Of a stretch of DNA of 64,000 bases, positions 1-13,089 are shown piece after piece (position 1 is the stretch's first letter; every line of letters starts with the position of its first letter). The DNA is from Perna viridis (taxonomy: Eukaryota): positions 27,896,750-27,960,749 of the forward strand of contig CM074524.1 in NCBI GenBank assembly GCA_037379345.1, in the 5' to 3' direction. The notes under the pieces are model-generated. The model searched no databases and was not told where the DNA came from. It worked only from the letters and a program-made list of their open reading frames with translations. The translations under genes and the position numbers were made by a program.

Positions 1-1349
1 AAGGACATAAAAAATACACATACCAAATTCATTACGCATTGTATCACTTCGCCAGTTTGGGTATTGTTCAGGTTCGATGTTTGTTCACATGATGAATGGG
101 CACAAAAATCTCCGACATATTGCATAATTGAACTGCAAACTTCTAGTTGAAGTTTCCCAGTTTTACCTTCGAAATTCAATTTATGGACATCCAGGACGTA
201 ACTGCCTGTTATCGCAATAACACCTATGTATCATGTAAAAGTGCTCAGTTCCTGGATGTCCAGAGACACGAACATTAACATAAACATCAAAGTCAAAGAA
301 TATAATTTTAACAATAATGACGGGTGCACGAAGCAATAGCCATGCACTTTAAGGCCCTAGAGCACCTACGACTCTATTACTACATTGTATAACACATGGC
401 CAAATAGCCAAATAGAATGATTATTACAAGAGCAATATCACAATACGACAGATTGACATCATTCATGAGAAATGCATTATCGAAATTCCTATGTCATCGT
501 CTAAGCAAAATTTTATTTTTGCTCTCATCTCCGGGCTTCCGATGTCACAAGGTAGTTACCGTGAGAAAAAAAATTAATACATGATGCAGTGTTTGATACA
601 TCTGAATTGTTACGGAGGTTATGTTACCCTTTTGTTAAAAAATAGCCAAATTATAATTTAGCGGAAATTAACTGTCTGGGACCGCCTTCTTTGTATAAGA
701 TTCTTGATTAGAACCTCCACCCCCTTTTTGTAAATATTTGGATTCCCCCAGGGTCTGCATGAATTACTAGAGACAGTTCTTCCAACGGATACTCGCTATT
801 TCTCTTTATATTCGATTACTATGATTGATGACTATTTATAATGTCGTATGGTTTTCATTTCTAACTATACAAAAGCATGTTGTGGGCAACTTGAATATAT
901 CGACAGTGAACGACTAGTGTATTCGGGTTAGTGTGTACGGATACAATGTTCGAGGTGAACTATTCTTATTTGGACCGTTGTTAATCTAAACCCAATTTAT
1001 CAGTATATTTACTTCACAACAAAAGGTTTGTATATTGGTGTTAATAATTAACATAGAATTAAATTTGATATATCAGAAATACCTATTAATAAGTGGACCT
1101 AACTATCTGCATTTGAACCTTAATGAAGTATGCCAAATGGGACTATTTTCCTGTGGTAGTATAAGATAATTGCAGATGCTAACAGGCTTTACAAATCTAA
1201 AGGCTCTGACGACTGCTATACAAATGCTGATCTTCAATCAAAATTGGTAATAATTTTAGATATACGCATGTTGGTTCAGCGAACTTTTGCAATACTGGTA
1301 TGTCAATATTTTACCAATATTTGTTTATTTATATGGAATGTTCAACTTT

Positions 1350-1468
1350 ACCTACCGAAGCACATGGTCCATTCTCGTATTTTGTGGTTTTTTATTATAG
1401 GTATTGATTAATTAGATTTGGACTTGATTTTTGATCGGATTAGAGTTCGGTAATTTTGTTGCTACCTT
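1350..1468 (+). mobile_element. Tail of a second, probably PLE-derived repeat family
   Basis: Ends in gagttcggtaattttgttgctacc; a related inverted copy lies at ~16159-16208. Confidence 0.5.
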
Positions 1469-2346
1469 TATTGTTTAAATTGGAGATATTGAAAAACAAT
1501 TAATTTGTAAAATACTTTAACAGATCTAGAGATATCTACATCTGAATTTTCCATTAAGTTGTAACTTATAATAGCTAGTACTAAAAAAATAAATACATTT
1601 GCATATACAAATTGTATTAAAAAGTACATTTCGTGAACGCTATATTCGTACATGTAGCTAAATTGTATGACCATATGAAGTAAATCTTGAGGAAACAATG
1701 CATCCTTTATGACCACGAGAATACAATGCACGTTGAGAAAAAAAAACTACTTGCAATTTTGAACAATTCTAGACTAGCTGATCACTGAATAAATATCTTT
1801 CAGAGTAAAGTACTGGTATAATTTTTGTATGAATCACTACTTCGATCAAACTACAAGTCAATCAATCAATCATACCCCATACCATATCGGTAGGGCAAGT
1901 GACCCAATTTTAAATAGCAAGCTATCGCTAGCGATAAGTAACAATGTATCAAAATTTCATCCATGATATTATTTAAACCACCGCTGAAATTATCGCACGA
2001 AAAACAAGTCCATGAATGTCCCTGATTGAAAGCACAATATTGTCGCATTTAAACTAGAATGTGGAAACAGGGAAAGCAATTTAAAGTCCCTGATTGAAAG
2101 TGTAAGACAAAAACTATCTGGATGAAATCTTATGCTGTGGAAATTATTTCACATTAAATTTTTTCCGGAGGATATATTTCACTATGAAAACTTTTCCAAC
2201 TGCTTGAACAATGATATGTTCTTTAATTTATCATGAAAAAGCTAGATATATTCCTAATGGTACCCAGGATATTATTTCATACTATTAAATAACATACTGA
2301 ATATAGTTCAAATAGAGTGAACAGATTCCCACAAGTAATTGACGAT

Positions 2347-4750
2347 ATGGCAGAAGATGAATATGACATTATTACACATTGTTAAGAAAATAAGTATCCA
2401 GAAGGTAAGTACAATTACTTATCTTAATTACGTCTACTTACAATGAAATTCATTTCGGTACAAAGCTATATAATATCAATGTAATGAACGAATTTTTTTG
2501 ATATTGTGAAATGTACGACCAAATAATAACTATAATGTTTTTTGAATGATCATGAAATATTCATATTAAAATAAGTGTTTTACCAAAATACATATTTATT
2601 TAAGATGCATGCAAATGATTCCATGAAACCCAAGACTTAATCGTTATAGGCTAATATCAATGTTTCTTATTAAACTGGACTTAATTAGTAATATCAATGT
2701 TTGCTCATTCTTAACCCATGTTAAAACAATATAATAATAATAATAATAGTTAGGAAATGCACAAATTATTCTTTTGAAAGGTATAATTGAGTTTTTTTTT
2801 TAACAAATGCTTTTTGTAGATTCTAATGATAATACAAGAAGATTACTAAGGAACAAGGTCAAAGATTTCGCAGTTATAATGATCACCTTTATTATATATC
2901 ATATGAAATTTATGAAACACTGGTCATAACTAGAGAAAAGAAAAAAATATATTCTTAAACTATGTTGTAAAGATTCTGGAAGTCATCTAGGTAGGTGAAT
3001 AAAATGTAACATCAAATGATTTAATGAATGTTATTGATGACGATGTCACTTCAAAGATATTTGTTAAAATATATAGCAATATAGCTTTTGAATCTGTTTG
3101 TTTAATTAAAGCATTCTACAATTTGAACTTGAATAAGATTTTACTAAATATAACAAACATTTTAGCATGCATGGAGAAAGCCTTTTGTGTACCTTATTAA
3201 TAATAGTTATATAATAATTAAATGTTTATACAGTTAATTAACTTTATACATTTAAGAATTAACAGAAAATTGCAAATATTAAGGATCGGGACTATTGGAT
3301 TGGTATTGGATGTGTCAGAATATGTGAAACACTTCCAACAGTGTACCAGTTTATAAAAGAGTTTGGCATAAATTTGGTATAGGTCTCGTAAGACCTTTTC
3401 TTGTCAAAGATAAACAGCCATTGTCTTCAGAAGGCTATAAATAAGTTAAAATGATCATCAAGTGTATGGATTCTGGGAATGTAACAATTCTCACAAGAAA
3501 TAAAAGGTTTGTTTAGGCATTGGAACACGAACATTGTGCAAACACTAAGCAGAATATCAAAAATGAAATTAAAGGCCTATTTTAGTGGTATATGTTGATA
3601 AATGTCACAAAATGTAACTGAAATATAAGCTTCATGTACCTAAATAAACATTTATTCTCTTAAACATTAATTGTGTATTAAAAAAAACTGTACAACAATT
3701 TTCAGTTATGTATTAACCATAGTAGATTACATGTCTAAGTAACCAGAGACATACACAATATACAGCAATATACAGCAAGGCTGCTGCAGAAATTGCCTCA
3801 GAAATTGTTTCTGATTGTGGAGGAGAATTTAATAATTGCATTCTTGATGAGTTCCTAACAAGCAGTGGTGTCAAGCATAAAACAACAGCACCATATCGTC
3901 CACAGTCCAATGGACTTGTTACGAAGTTTAATTCTATACTGAAAAAAAAATGATAAACAAAGTCGTAGAAGATGGTGCCGAGTGGCATATGTTTCTAATA
4001 AATGTCTTTCATATCGCACGTCTGTTCATGCATCGAGAAAGATTACACCAATTGAAGCTATGTATGCTAAAAACCTAGTGTTGCCCAATGAAATAATGCA
4101 TGGTACAACGAGCAATGCTGCTGCTGAATTAATTTAGATGACAATATTGTGTATGAAGTGAAGGAGTAATGTAGTGAACTAAAGTTATAGCGGTAATCAA
4201 AAGAAGGAATAGGTTAGCAAGTAAAGGAGCACAATTTGTTCCCATTGGAATGCCAACCGTTTGTTGAAAAACACGTCCACCGCAATGGACAAATATGTTG
4301 TCGATTAAAAATTCCAGCATTTTGTAAACATCTTCCTCTGTATACTTGGAAGATGATTTGGAATTATTTCTTACAAAGTATGAGGAATCTCTACCAAGAA
4401 CTATATATTTATATCTAGTTGTACCATCTTTTTTGGAAAAACAACGATGTATAATGTTTTTAAGTCGGGATTTTAACTGAGTATGGGGGATAGAATGAAA
4501 TAAGAAAGAAAAATGAAGAAGTAATGAACACAAAGAACGCCAAAAATAGTAAGATGTAAGCGACATAGTTCTATTAAAAACTTGAGAAGAAAACATGGAG
4601 TAGGAACAGTTGAATAACTTAAATACAAGGACCATATGAAATCTATCCCTATTGCGGTAAAGGGCATTACAAACCTAGAGACATTCAAACAGGAAAGGTA
4701 TGTGGTCCATATAATCAAACGTCGCTAAACAAATATGCACCCATGAATAA
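2347..4750 (+). pseudogene. Decayed intron-containing Gypsy-type integrase (Ginger/GIN-like DNA transposon relic)
   Basis: Hand translation of pieces: MAEDEYDIITHC*ENKYPE|gtaagt (2347-2404); ag|DSNDNTRRLLRNKVKDF...HLYY...GSHL|gtagg (2820-2990); DRDYWIG..VSEYVKHFQQC and VWHKFGIGLVRPF..GYK (~3285-3440); LTIVDYMSK*PE, IVSDCGGEF, KHKTTAPYRPQSNGLVTKFN, YRTSVHAS..TPIEAMY (~3710-4090); DIVLLK..GPYEI..GKGHYK, a GPY/F-like module (~4555-4675). Stops and frameshifts throughout; no gag, RT or RNase H nearby. Confidence 0.75.
4163..4497 (-). mobile_element. Penelope-like element RT fragment joined to the family 3' end, nested in the integrase relic
   Basis: SIPHTQLKSRL...LEFLIDNIFV...FQQTVGIPMGTNCAPLLANLFL (RT motif B' region); 4163-4205 matches the terminal part of the tail seen at 6049. 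Confidence 0.85.
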
Positions 4751-4964
4751 TTCAGACCAGAGTGATGAAGAGCCAAAAGAAGATGCCACTTATTATGACA
4801 ATATTCTTAATGCTGAGAAAAAATATAGAACTGAATGAAAACAAGTACCCTGTGCCAAATCGAGGTTGCGTTGTGTTGGAAATACTAGTACGATTCATCA
4901 ATAAATTACCTTTTTTTACATTCAAATATCACCATTACCTGTCGAAAAATGAACCTTCGTAGAA

Positions 4965-5408
4965 TTAAGAAATAATTCATGGAGGGGGTAGATTTGTACT
5001 CATTTTAACATGGGTACGGCATTTATGCAACACCGAGCGACAGCAAGGTGATAAATGAGATTATAAATGCCAAACCTATGTCAAAATGAGTACAAATCTA
5101 CCCTCGGAAGGAATTAATTCTTTTCTCATATGACAAATAAGGTAATTTTTGTGAGAAAAATTTCCCTAGGCGCAGCCAAAATAACGGCTGTTCCGTTTAA
5201 CCTCTTCGGTATGGAAGTTACCATAGTAACCATCTTTCGCATAATTATCAGTATCAGTATAGTATTAGATAACCTCTCGACCGTTAAATTATTGCGTAAA
5301 CGTTTTTAAATGAGTGTTTTGTCTCGAAACCACAGCGAAAGAAAAGAGACAATAAGCAGGTGCTAAAGGTGGTGTACTGTTTGACGATATGAAGACGTCA
5401 TATTAGAA
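4965..5408. mobile_element. Non-autonomous element with ~155-bp terminal hairpin and short inverted repeats; second copy at ~58775-59343
   Basis: Palindrome 4967-5122; ttctcatatgac (5123-5134) is inverted relative to gtcatattagaa (5397-5408); the body is repeated at 58775-59343. Confidence 0.7.
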
Positions 5409-6048
5409 TGAAAATGAATGTATAGAAGATATGTTATTAACATCGAAAACAAAACGTTTTAGGAAAAAAATTAAAAACAGCAGTATTTATGAATACTATT
5501 GGTAAATTTAGCTCAATGTGTTTTTTATATTATTGTAAAAATGTTCCCTGTCAATTATTAAAATAAATCAATTGAATTGGAATTTTAGCATTATTAAAAA
5601 AAACATGGATAAATGTTTTTTTTTTTTTATAATGATTTGTTATATAAAGTGTTTCTGTTTTATTGTTAAATATAATCCGGGAAATAATATACTTATTAAA
5701 AATATACATGTACCTTGAATTTATCAATCAAATAATATCCTGGATGAAAATCTATGTGTAAAGCATCCAATGGAATAACATCTAGGATGACAATTAATAT
5801 TTAAAAATCAAATATAAATATTTAAAAAAAACATCAAAAATGAAAAAAAAACTTTCTAAAAGCGTCATGGATAACATGTTACATCATAAAATATCCGAAT
5901 CGTTAACAACTAAAACTATGAACTCTTTTTATTCTATATAGTGCCCCTAAAGAAACTCTGACACTTGTTTGTCCCATTTTAACTAATCCCCAACCCATTG
6001 AACCTCCAAAGATTTAATATGTTTGGTGTATTGGCACTAAGAAAGGGG

Positions 6049-6730
6049 AAGAGTAATCAAGGGAACCAAGGTTATAGCGGTAATCAAAAGAATGTAATCC
6101 AGTGACAAAGACCACACATGGAAAACAGACACACACAACAAAGAACATAAAGTAACTTAAATCATACATACAAAGTAACAGAAGTAAATGAGCAACTCCG
6201 ACTCCACTAAAAACTGGGAGCATGGACCAGGTGCACCGGTCGGCGTCCTCTGCTTTTCTAGAAACACCCGCCGAGTTGCTCATAAAAAGTCAAGTCCGGG
6301 GTAGAAAAACGAGGAAAGGAAAACCATGACCCGTTGAATGAATCAGTTCTCATGGTGCTGATGGATACATCATAACGATCCAAAAGTTCATGATGACGAC
6401 CATAAAACTTCTGCAGTGATGACTTCAATCTTGTAGCAACATAACCCTGTTCCAGAGTTAGAGTTCTAGCGCGATACAAAAAGTATGCGTAGTTTCGGCA
6501 AGCTCTGGCATAAGGTATGAGTTGTGATATGAACACTCCATACGCAGGAGCCGAAGGGATGTTGCCTCAGATGAAAGGAAAGTTGAAAATTCTGAATGAA
6601 AAGTCATCACGTTTGTCGTAAAGTTTGGTCAATAGTTTTCCTTTACTATCGATTTCTAAGTGTAGGTCAAGATATGAGGCTAACTTCAGAGTGTCTGTAG
6701 TATCCTTTATATCAAGTTCTTTTGGTAGAT
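6049..6730 (-). mobile_element. 5'-truncated Penelope-like element (RT C-terminus + ~270-nt 3' tail), Naiad-like
   Basis: PKELDIKDTTD..ASYLDLHLEID..LYDKRDDFSF and FISQLIPYARAC..LQKFYGRHHELLDRY, followed by a tail that recurs through the window. Confidence 0.85.
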
Positions 6731-7485
6731 GCGATGTATCAAATCCCCGAAACTCGGCATCGTTACGTTTTGGCATAAAATATCAAAAGAATCAAAGTGT
6801 TGAAAGTATTAACAAACTAAAAAAAACCTAAATTCGCAAACATAAATACTTCTGTCGAATGTCATCATGCACGCATATATTTATCATGTAAATATAAAAG
6901 ACAAATAAATGTCGAAATAATCTATTGATTTTACATGTGTAAGAGTTCTGTAGATCAGTAAGTTCCTGAGCGCAGATAAAATAGTCTTGTTACCTATCGA
7001 CTAACTACAATAGCTAAAGTGTTGTTCTAACGTGATTTGGGGAGGAAAACAAAATTGGAAATGTTTTAAAGAACAGAATATGAAGAATTAAATATAACAG
7101 AATTCATTAGAAAACACGAGTTGCCGTGTCTTGCAATAGTGTCGCAGGGGTACTTTGGACAGGGAGAAGGCAATACCATGGACAAGGGACAGGTACAACT
7201 AGTATTCATAAGACAAAATGTATTTAAGGACACTTGTCGGTGAGTCTTTAATCAACATCTTATTTGCTGTGAATGAATTTGTTGATTTTGTCCATTCAAT
7301 AGCGAAAAAAAATTGTCTATATAAAAAAAGTCTTTGACCTGTAAAACAAATAATAAATATGTATAAATCTGTTGTGTATTTGGCTACATGTGTATGTTAA
7401 TTTGCATTACAAAAATCAGGAAGAAATACATTCTATTTGATAAAAAAATGTACAAATGATACACAATCATGATACACAAATAGTA

Positions 7486-8073
7486 ATAACAAAATTACCG
7501 AACTCCAGGCAATAGTCAACGGAATGGTTATAACAAAATCACCGAACTCCAGGCAGTAGTCAACGGAATGATTATAACAAAATTACTGAACTCCAGACAA
7601 TAGTCAAAGGAATGGTTATAAAAAAACATTACTGAACTCCAGACAATAGTCAATGGAATGGTTATAACAAAATCACCGAACTCCAGGCAGTAGTCAACGG
7701 AATGATTATAACAAAATTACTGAACTCCAGGCAATAGTCAACGGAATGGTTATGACAAAATCACCGAACTTCAGGCAATAGTCAAAGGAATGGTTATAAA
7801 AAAAATTACTGAACTCCAGACAATAGTCAATGGAATGGTTATAACAAAATCACCGAACTCCAGGCAGTAGTCAACGGAATGATTATAACAAAATTACTGA
7901 ACTCCAGGCAATAGTCAACGGAATGGTTATGACAAAATCACCGAACTTCAGGCAATAGTCAAAGGAATGGTTATAAAAAAAAATTACTGAACTTCAGACA
8001 ATAGTCAATGGAACGGTTATAACAAAATCACCGAACTCCAGGCAATAGTCAAAGAAATGGTTATAACAAAACC
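7486..8073. repeat. 44-bp minisatellite, ~13 copies, with 4-unit higher-order structure
   Basis: Unit ataacaaaatcaccgaactccaggcaatagtcaacggaatggtt at 7486, 7530, 7574 and onward. Confidence 0.95.
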
Positions 8074-9037
8074 ACGTCTAATTTGTTCCTGGTTTAAACT
8101 ATTATTTGAAACCGTTTTAGGTACTGAGAATTCATGGTGTACATTCAGATCATCATGTCTTTGGGAAGGTGTTAACTGATTCCTATAACTGTTTCGGTAG
8201 GGGCACAGACGTAGTTGGTATACCTCTGTCATGTGACATTCTCATGCGCGTAATGAAGAAAGAACAGAAAGGTAAACGGCCACACTTTGTTCAACACTTT
8301 CACTAGTTACCCCAATAAAGTTATTTTCATTTTTATTTATTTCTTGGAACAAGTTTTTGTTGTACCTGTCCTAATTACTAATTTAAAAAGTATTTATCAT
8401 TAAACCCTTTAAAACGTGTTCTATCCGCATAATATTTTGGCAAACTCAGAAACGAAAATTAGCAAAGTATAAATGTCGATTTGATATATTACTCATGCAT
8501 GTATATTGTATAATTTTGCATAATTAAGATTATTGAAGTATTTATTTCAGTACCTACATTCAAAGATCTACGAGTACTTCTTGGTGAACATCAATAACCT
8601 TTCAATGCAGAGTTGGATACTTCTAGACAGACTAAATGTAGAGTAACAAGAGAAAACCGGCGTATGCCTCTTGGGGGTAAAATAAAACTGAAACTCTATA
8701 AAAGTCGCTATCTGAAGTACATCTACGGTAACCCTGTATCCGATGGTAGGCATAATTTACAAATATTTTTAATATGATATTTTTTTACATATAGGTTTTG
8801 TAGAGTACACAATATTTTGTTCATATGTTGCTCGATTTATATAATAATCATATGATTTTCATGTGTAAATATTGGCTCGCTAAATTACAAAGAAACCAAT
8901 CGTGTATGTTTCAAATTTCGATATGCTGTACTAATGATTATTATATGTTTGTGAAAACTGAATTGTATAATAATAATCTCACGCTCGATTCACGTGATAA
9001 TCATATGATATTAGTGTATAGCAAATTATTGATTTAG

Positions 9038-9513
9038 TTTGTTTGTTTGTTTGTTGGGGTTTAACGCCCGAGCAGCAATATTTCAGCTATATTCAGGCGA
9101 TGAACATGAAGTGAATGATAAAATGAACATGAAATGATGATGAATGAAAAATAGGATGGGACACAAGGATAATGAGGTCGCCAAATTTTGATTGCCACTG
9201 GAAATAGGGAGAAGTGGGTAGGGTCAAGCAATTTAGCCTGCTGTGGTTCCTACTCCGGAAGAATACCACAGTAGGGATTTTTAATGTGCGAAGAACGTGG
9301 CATCTTTCCCAACACGGTGCACCACTATGATTCGCTATGACAACCCCAGCATGTAACACGCCACGGGTACCCCATTCCACAACCTGGGGCACATAACCCA
9401 GTTGCTCTGTGGGCAGAGCGCACTAGCCCACGGCTAAGGTTCTGAGCACTATTTTACGACAAGCTTAGCGCTGCTGCAGGCCTATTCTTTTGACACCCGG
9501 ACCTGCACGGGGC
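9038..9513 (-). mobile_element. SINE-like non-autonomous retroposon, copy 1
   Basis: Closely matches 44418-44934; 3' end ..ctgaaatattgctgctcgggcgttaaacccc(aaac)n; TSD tattgatttag (9027-9037) / taatgatttag (9514-9524). Confidence 0.85.
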
Positions 9514-11239
9514 TAATGATTTAGCAATATGAGGGGATTACATCTGATTTGTTACTAATATAATCAGGACGTGTAATTGGAATTAATTATTTTGTAGGCG
9601 TGGTTGATTATTGTCACTTTTTTTATGTTGGTAATTTTTGGGATAAAATGTATGTTTATTTCTTTTTTTGTCATTGTGAACACCCACCAGAGTAACGTTG
9701 AACCTTTTGTTAAGCTATACGAAGAAGTTTTTTTTTATAAAATTTATGTATAAACGAGGTAGGTGATGTTCTTTTGTCTCCCCTTCTTATGTATTGCATT
9801 TTTACAAACTCCATTTGATGTCGTGGAAAGTTATCTGAACGACACAAAATATAGTGTTACATATTAAACCATCACCCTTAAATGGGTTCTCTACATTTCC
9901 TGAAAATACTGAAAGATGTCAAAAATCGCACGGATCAATATAATTTTAACAGTCAATTTGAATTGTCTCTCTTTGTTCAATTTTCCTTTAAAATGTTTAC
10001 TTGGTAATACAATAACATGATCATGTGATTTACGACTTCATTTTGAGTTAAAACACGCGTCTTAAAATGCAAATAATTTATGACTGTAAGTTTTTCATTC
10101 TTGCATTGGGGCATGTTTTTATCACTCTTTAGACACGGATAATTCATCTAAAGCCATGACAATTTTTTTTTCATCTCACCAACAGATGTACGCGACATTT
10201 GTAATGTCACAATGCAATATCTCATAACGTCTTGTACATGTAAATGCATGCAAAGGAATTTCGGGAAGCCAGCAAAAGTAATCGAAACATTAATTTTAAA
10301 ACACCATTTATGTGTCCAACCAAGCAGGTGACCAGAATCAAATGGAACTTTATACAATAAGAAGCCTTCGGCTACAACTTAAATATATCAGCTTAAAATA
10401 ATATTTTTGAAAGCTATTTTAGAACAAGCATGTTCTTTTGATAGCCTACTTGGCGTATACTAAGACTGAAACAAAATAAATTTCAACATGCGAAGTGCTA
10501 TAATAGGCCTGCAAAATACATTAATTAGTATATTTTTCAATTTGGCGGCTTTCTGATAGTTCAGCGTCCTTAATGCAATAAATTCGACAATTTAAAATGA
10601 AATGAAATATTCGTATACAGTAGTGCTCAATATTTTGTTAATTTTATATCACATTTATAAGTTACTAACGTATCATAACTTTATAAATTTTAATCTGGGC
10701 AATAATTTTGAAAGCATGTAAATTTATTATCAATTTAAAACAACAGTTGTGATATTCTATATTTGTTAAATGCCATTTTTAACTTTTAGTAAATGACACA
10801 TTCATGCAAATCAGCTGTGTCAAAAGGGTAAAAACTGGCTCTTGGGACTGATATGAATGTTTTACACTGGATATTTTCAAGGGTAGATTTATCTTGGCTA
10901 AAGACTTTTTCATGATGTTGATTCAGCACATGAATTTAAACGGAGGTATGAAGACATACCCCCCTCCCCTTTGTTGTCCATTTTCATGGGATTCTCAAAG
11001 ACTCTTATTGTGTGTTAATCGAGAGAGGAAAAAAATCAAACACTACTGGAGAATGCAAGACAAGGAAATCTTAGACACCCTTAGGTGCGTTAAATATTAC
11101 TGTCTAGAACTCTCAGTTGGTTTAAGTTCCTATTACCGGTGGCAGCAGTGGGAAAATTCAAATATGTGGAATACTAAACGCAAACACATGAAAAAAAGTC
11201 GAGCTACATACAAAATGTAGTGAACAGAATAAAATGTAT

Positions 11240-11386
11240 TACATATAAAAACTGAATGTAAAGGAAACAAGATATCACACTTTTAAAATCTAAAACATTG
11301 CCAATATGAACACCTCCAAAAATAGGAGTGACATCAAGTGCTCCGGGAGGGAAAGCATGCCCTGCTTTATCAGTGGCACTTGTCAC
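11240..11386 (-). mobile_element. Tail of a divergent PLE-like family with the same conserved motif
   Basis: Minus strand: caagtgc..agcagggcatgctttccctcccggagcacttg, same layout as the main tail. Confidence 0.5.
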
Positions 11387-12305
11387 ATACTAGTGAGTAA
11401 AATTGTCTAGCAACATTAATACTGCTCCGCAATAAGTGTTAAACACTATTCACACTAGGGCGAATCAATCATTTCAACTAAAGTTTATGATGTAAACGTA
11501 GCAATAACCTGGAAATTGCGGAAAAATATCCGAAATTGATAAAAAAGAATTTATATTTAATTTCAGAAAACTTGTATGGCAATATTTTCTTCACACTTGT
11601 TGACGATCGACACATAAAACTTTCTTTGGTTAAAGGAGTCACCAATGAGAAGACTGGTTATTTTAACAGTTTGGTTCAGGGAATGACAGCCGCTGTCGAG
11701 ACATTGTTTCGTAACGACATTATTTTATGTCAAGTTCACATGAATTTCATAAATCAATACACAATAAAATAATTTCAGATTTATATGAGCAGCATGTTAT
11801 TCAGCAGATATTTGTCATTACATGTATTCTAAAATATTTAATTTGCTTTGTTATAATTTGTTATTTCTTTTCCGGGACTTTCAGTACTTGGTACAGTGAC
11901 TCATAACGGCGATGTGTCCACAGTCCAAATACGATATTCAAATAATTGCAAACTAAATAAGGTTTTAATGAAGAAATAAATTTGAAATTAGACTGGAATC
12001 TATCAGCAATTAAATTTTCTTATTTATTTAACTTTGTTCTTTGCGGTTTATGAAAGTGCTAAAAAATTGTTCGGAACGAATGTTAGAAAAACCTTAAATA
12101 AAGTATTGCACTACTGTTTACAAGACTGCATAGTAATTGTGTTTATTATAAGCAGTACCTATTCTTAAAACGATCGCAAATTAAGATGTTCCCCAAATCA
12201 TTTAGTTTTCATTCAAACTCTTGCCAATGACCAGTCAGATCGTCAAAGATTGAATATATGAGGATTATTGATTTTTAATATATAGGATCCTTAGTTTTCA
12301 GAAGA

Positions 12306-12535
12306 GCAGGTGTTTCTAGAAAAGCAGAGGACGCTTACCCTACCGGTGCACCTGGTCCATGCTCCCAGTTTTTAGTGGAATCCGAGTTGCTCATTTGCTT
12401 TTGTTGCTTTGTATGTATGATTTTAGTTACTTTATGTTCTTTGTTGTATGTGTCTGTTTTCCATGTCTGGTCTTTGTCCCTGGATTATATTCTTTTGATT
12501 ACCACTATAACCTTGCTTCCCTTGATTACTCTTTC
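12306..12535 (+). mobile_element. PLE 3' tail copy
   Basis: High identity to the reverse complement of 6049-6270. Confidence 0.85.
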
Positions 12536-12824
12536 ATTTGAACCCAGGCAAATTTTCCTGAAATCATTATTTTTCGTATGGAACTGCCAAGGGTATGGAA
12601 AAATTTGTACAAACGGATTACAAGTCTGCAAATGCACAATGAGTCAACATCAAAACGACTAAAGAGGTAATGAAAACCACACTTTAACTAAAGGATTATC
12701 CGTTTAAAAATAACCTTACATAGTACAAAAATAAGCTATATCTTAACCGATTAAAGTCAATCGGGCAGAATTCGCAATTTGATGAAGTATTTAAAAACAA
12801 CCTGTATTTTTTTTCTTATTTCCA

Positions 12825-13010
12825 TGTCTTGGTCCATGCTTCCATTTTTAAGTGGAGTCTGAATTGCTCATTTGCTTTTCTTACTTTGTATGTATGATTT
12901 TAGTTACTTTATGTTCTTTGTTGTTTATGTATATTTTCCATGTCTGGTCCTTGCTCTGGATTGTATTCTTTTGATTACCGCTATAACCTTGGTTTCCTTG
13001 ATTACTCTTT
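12825..13010 (+). mobile_element. PLE 3' tail copy
   Basis: Same tail, more diverged. Confidence 0.8.
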
Positions 13011-13089
13011 AAAACACACAATAAACTACTTGAACTTACATTTAACAAACACATAGTATATAATAAAAATCGATAATTTAACAATTAAG

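Noticed and set aside
6188-6283. SECIS element or hammerhead ribozyme in the PLE tail
   Set aside because: No AUGA/GA quartet with a correctly spaced AA loop, and no CUGANGA core.
7486-8073. CRISPR-like appearance of regular repeats
   Set aside because: No unique spacers, eukaryotic context, no cas genes.
12359-12662. Recurrent hydrophobic ORFs (VAHLLLLLCMYDFSYFMFF..., ELLICFCCFVC...)
   Set aside because: Translations of the non-coding PLE tail; frames differ between copies.
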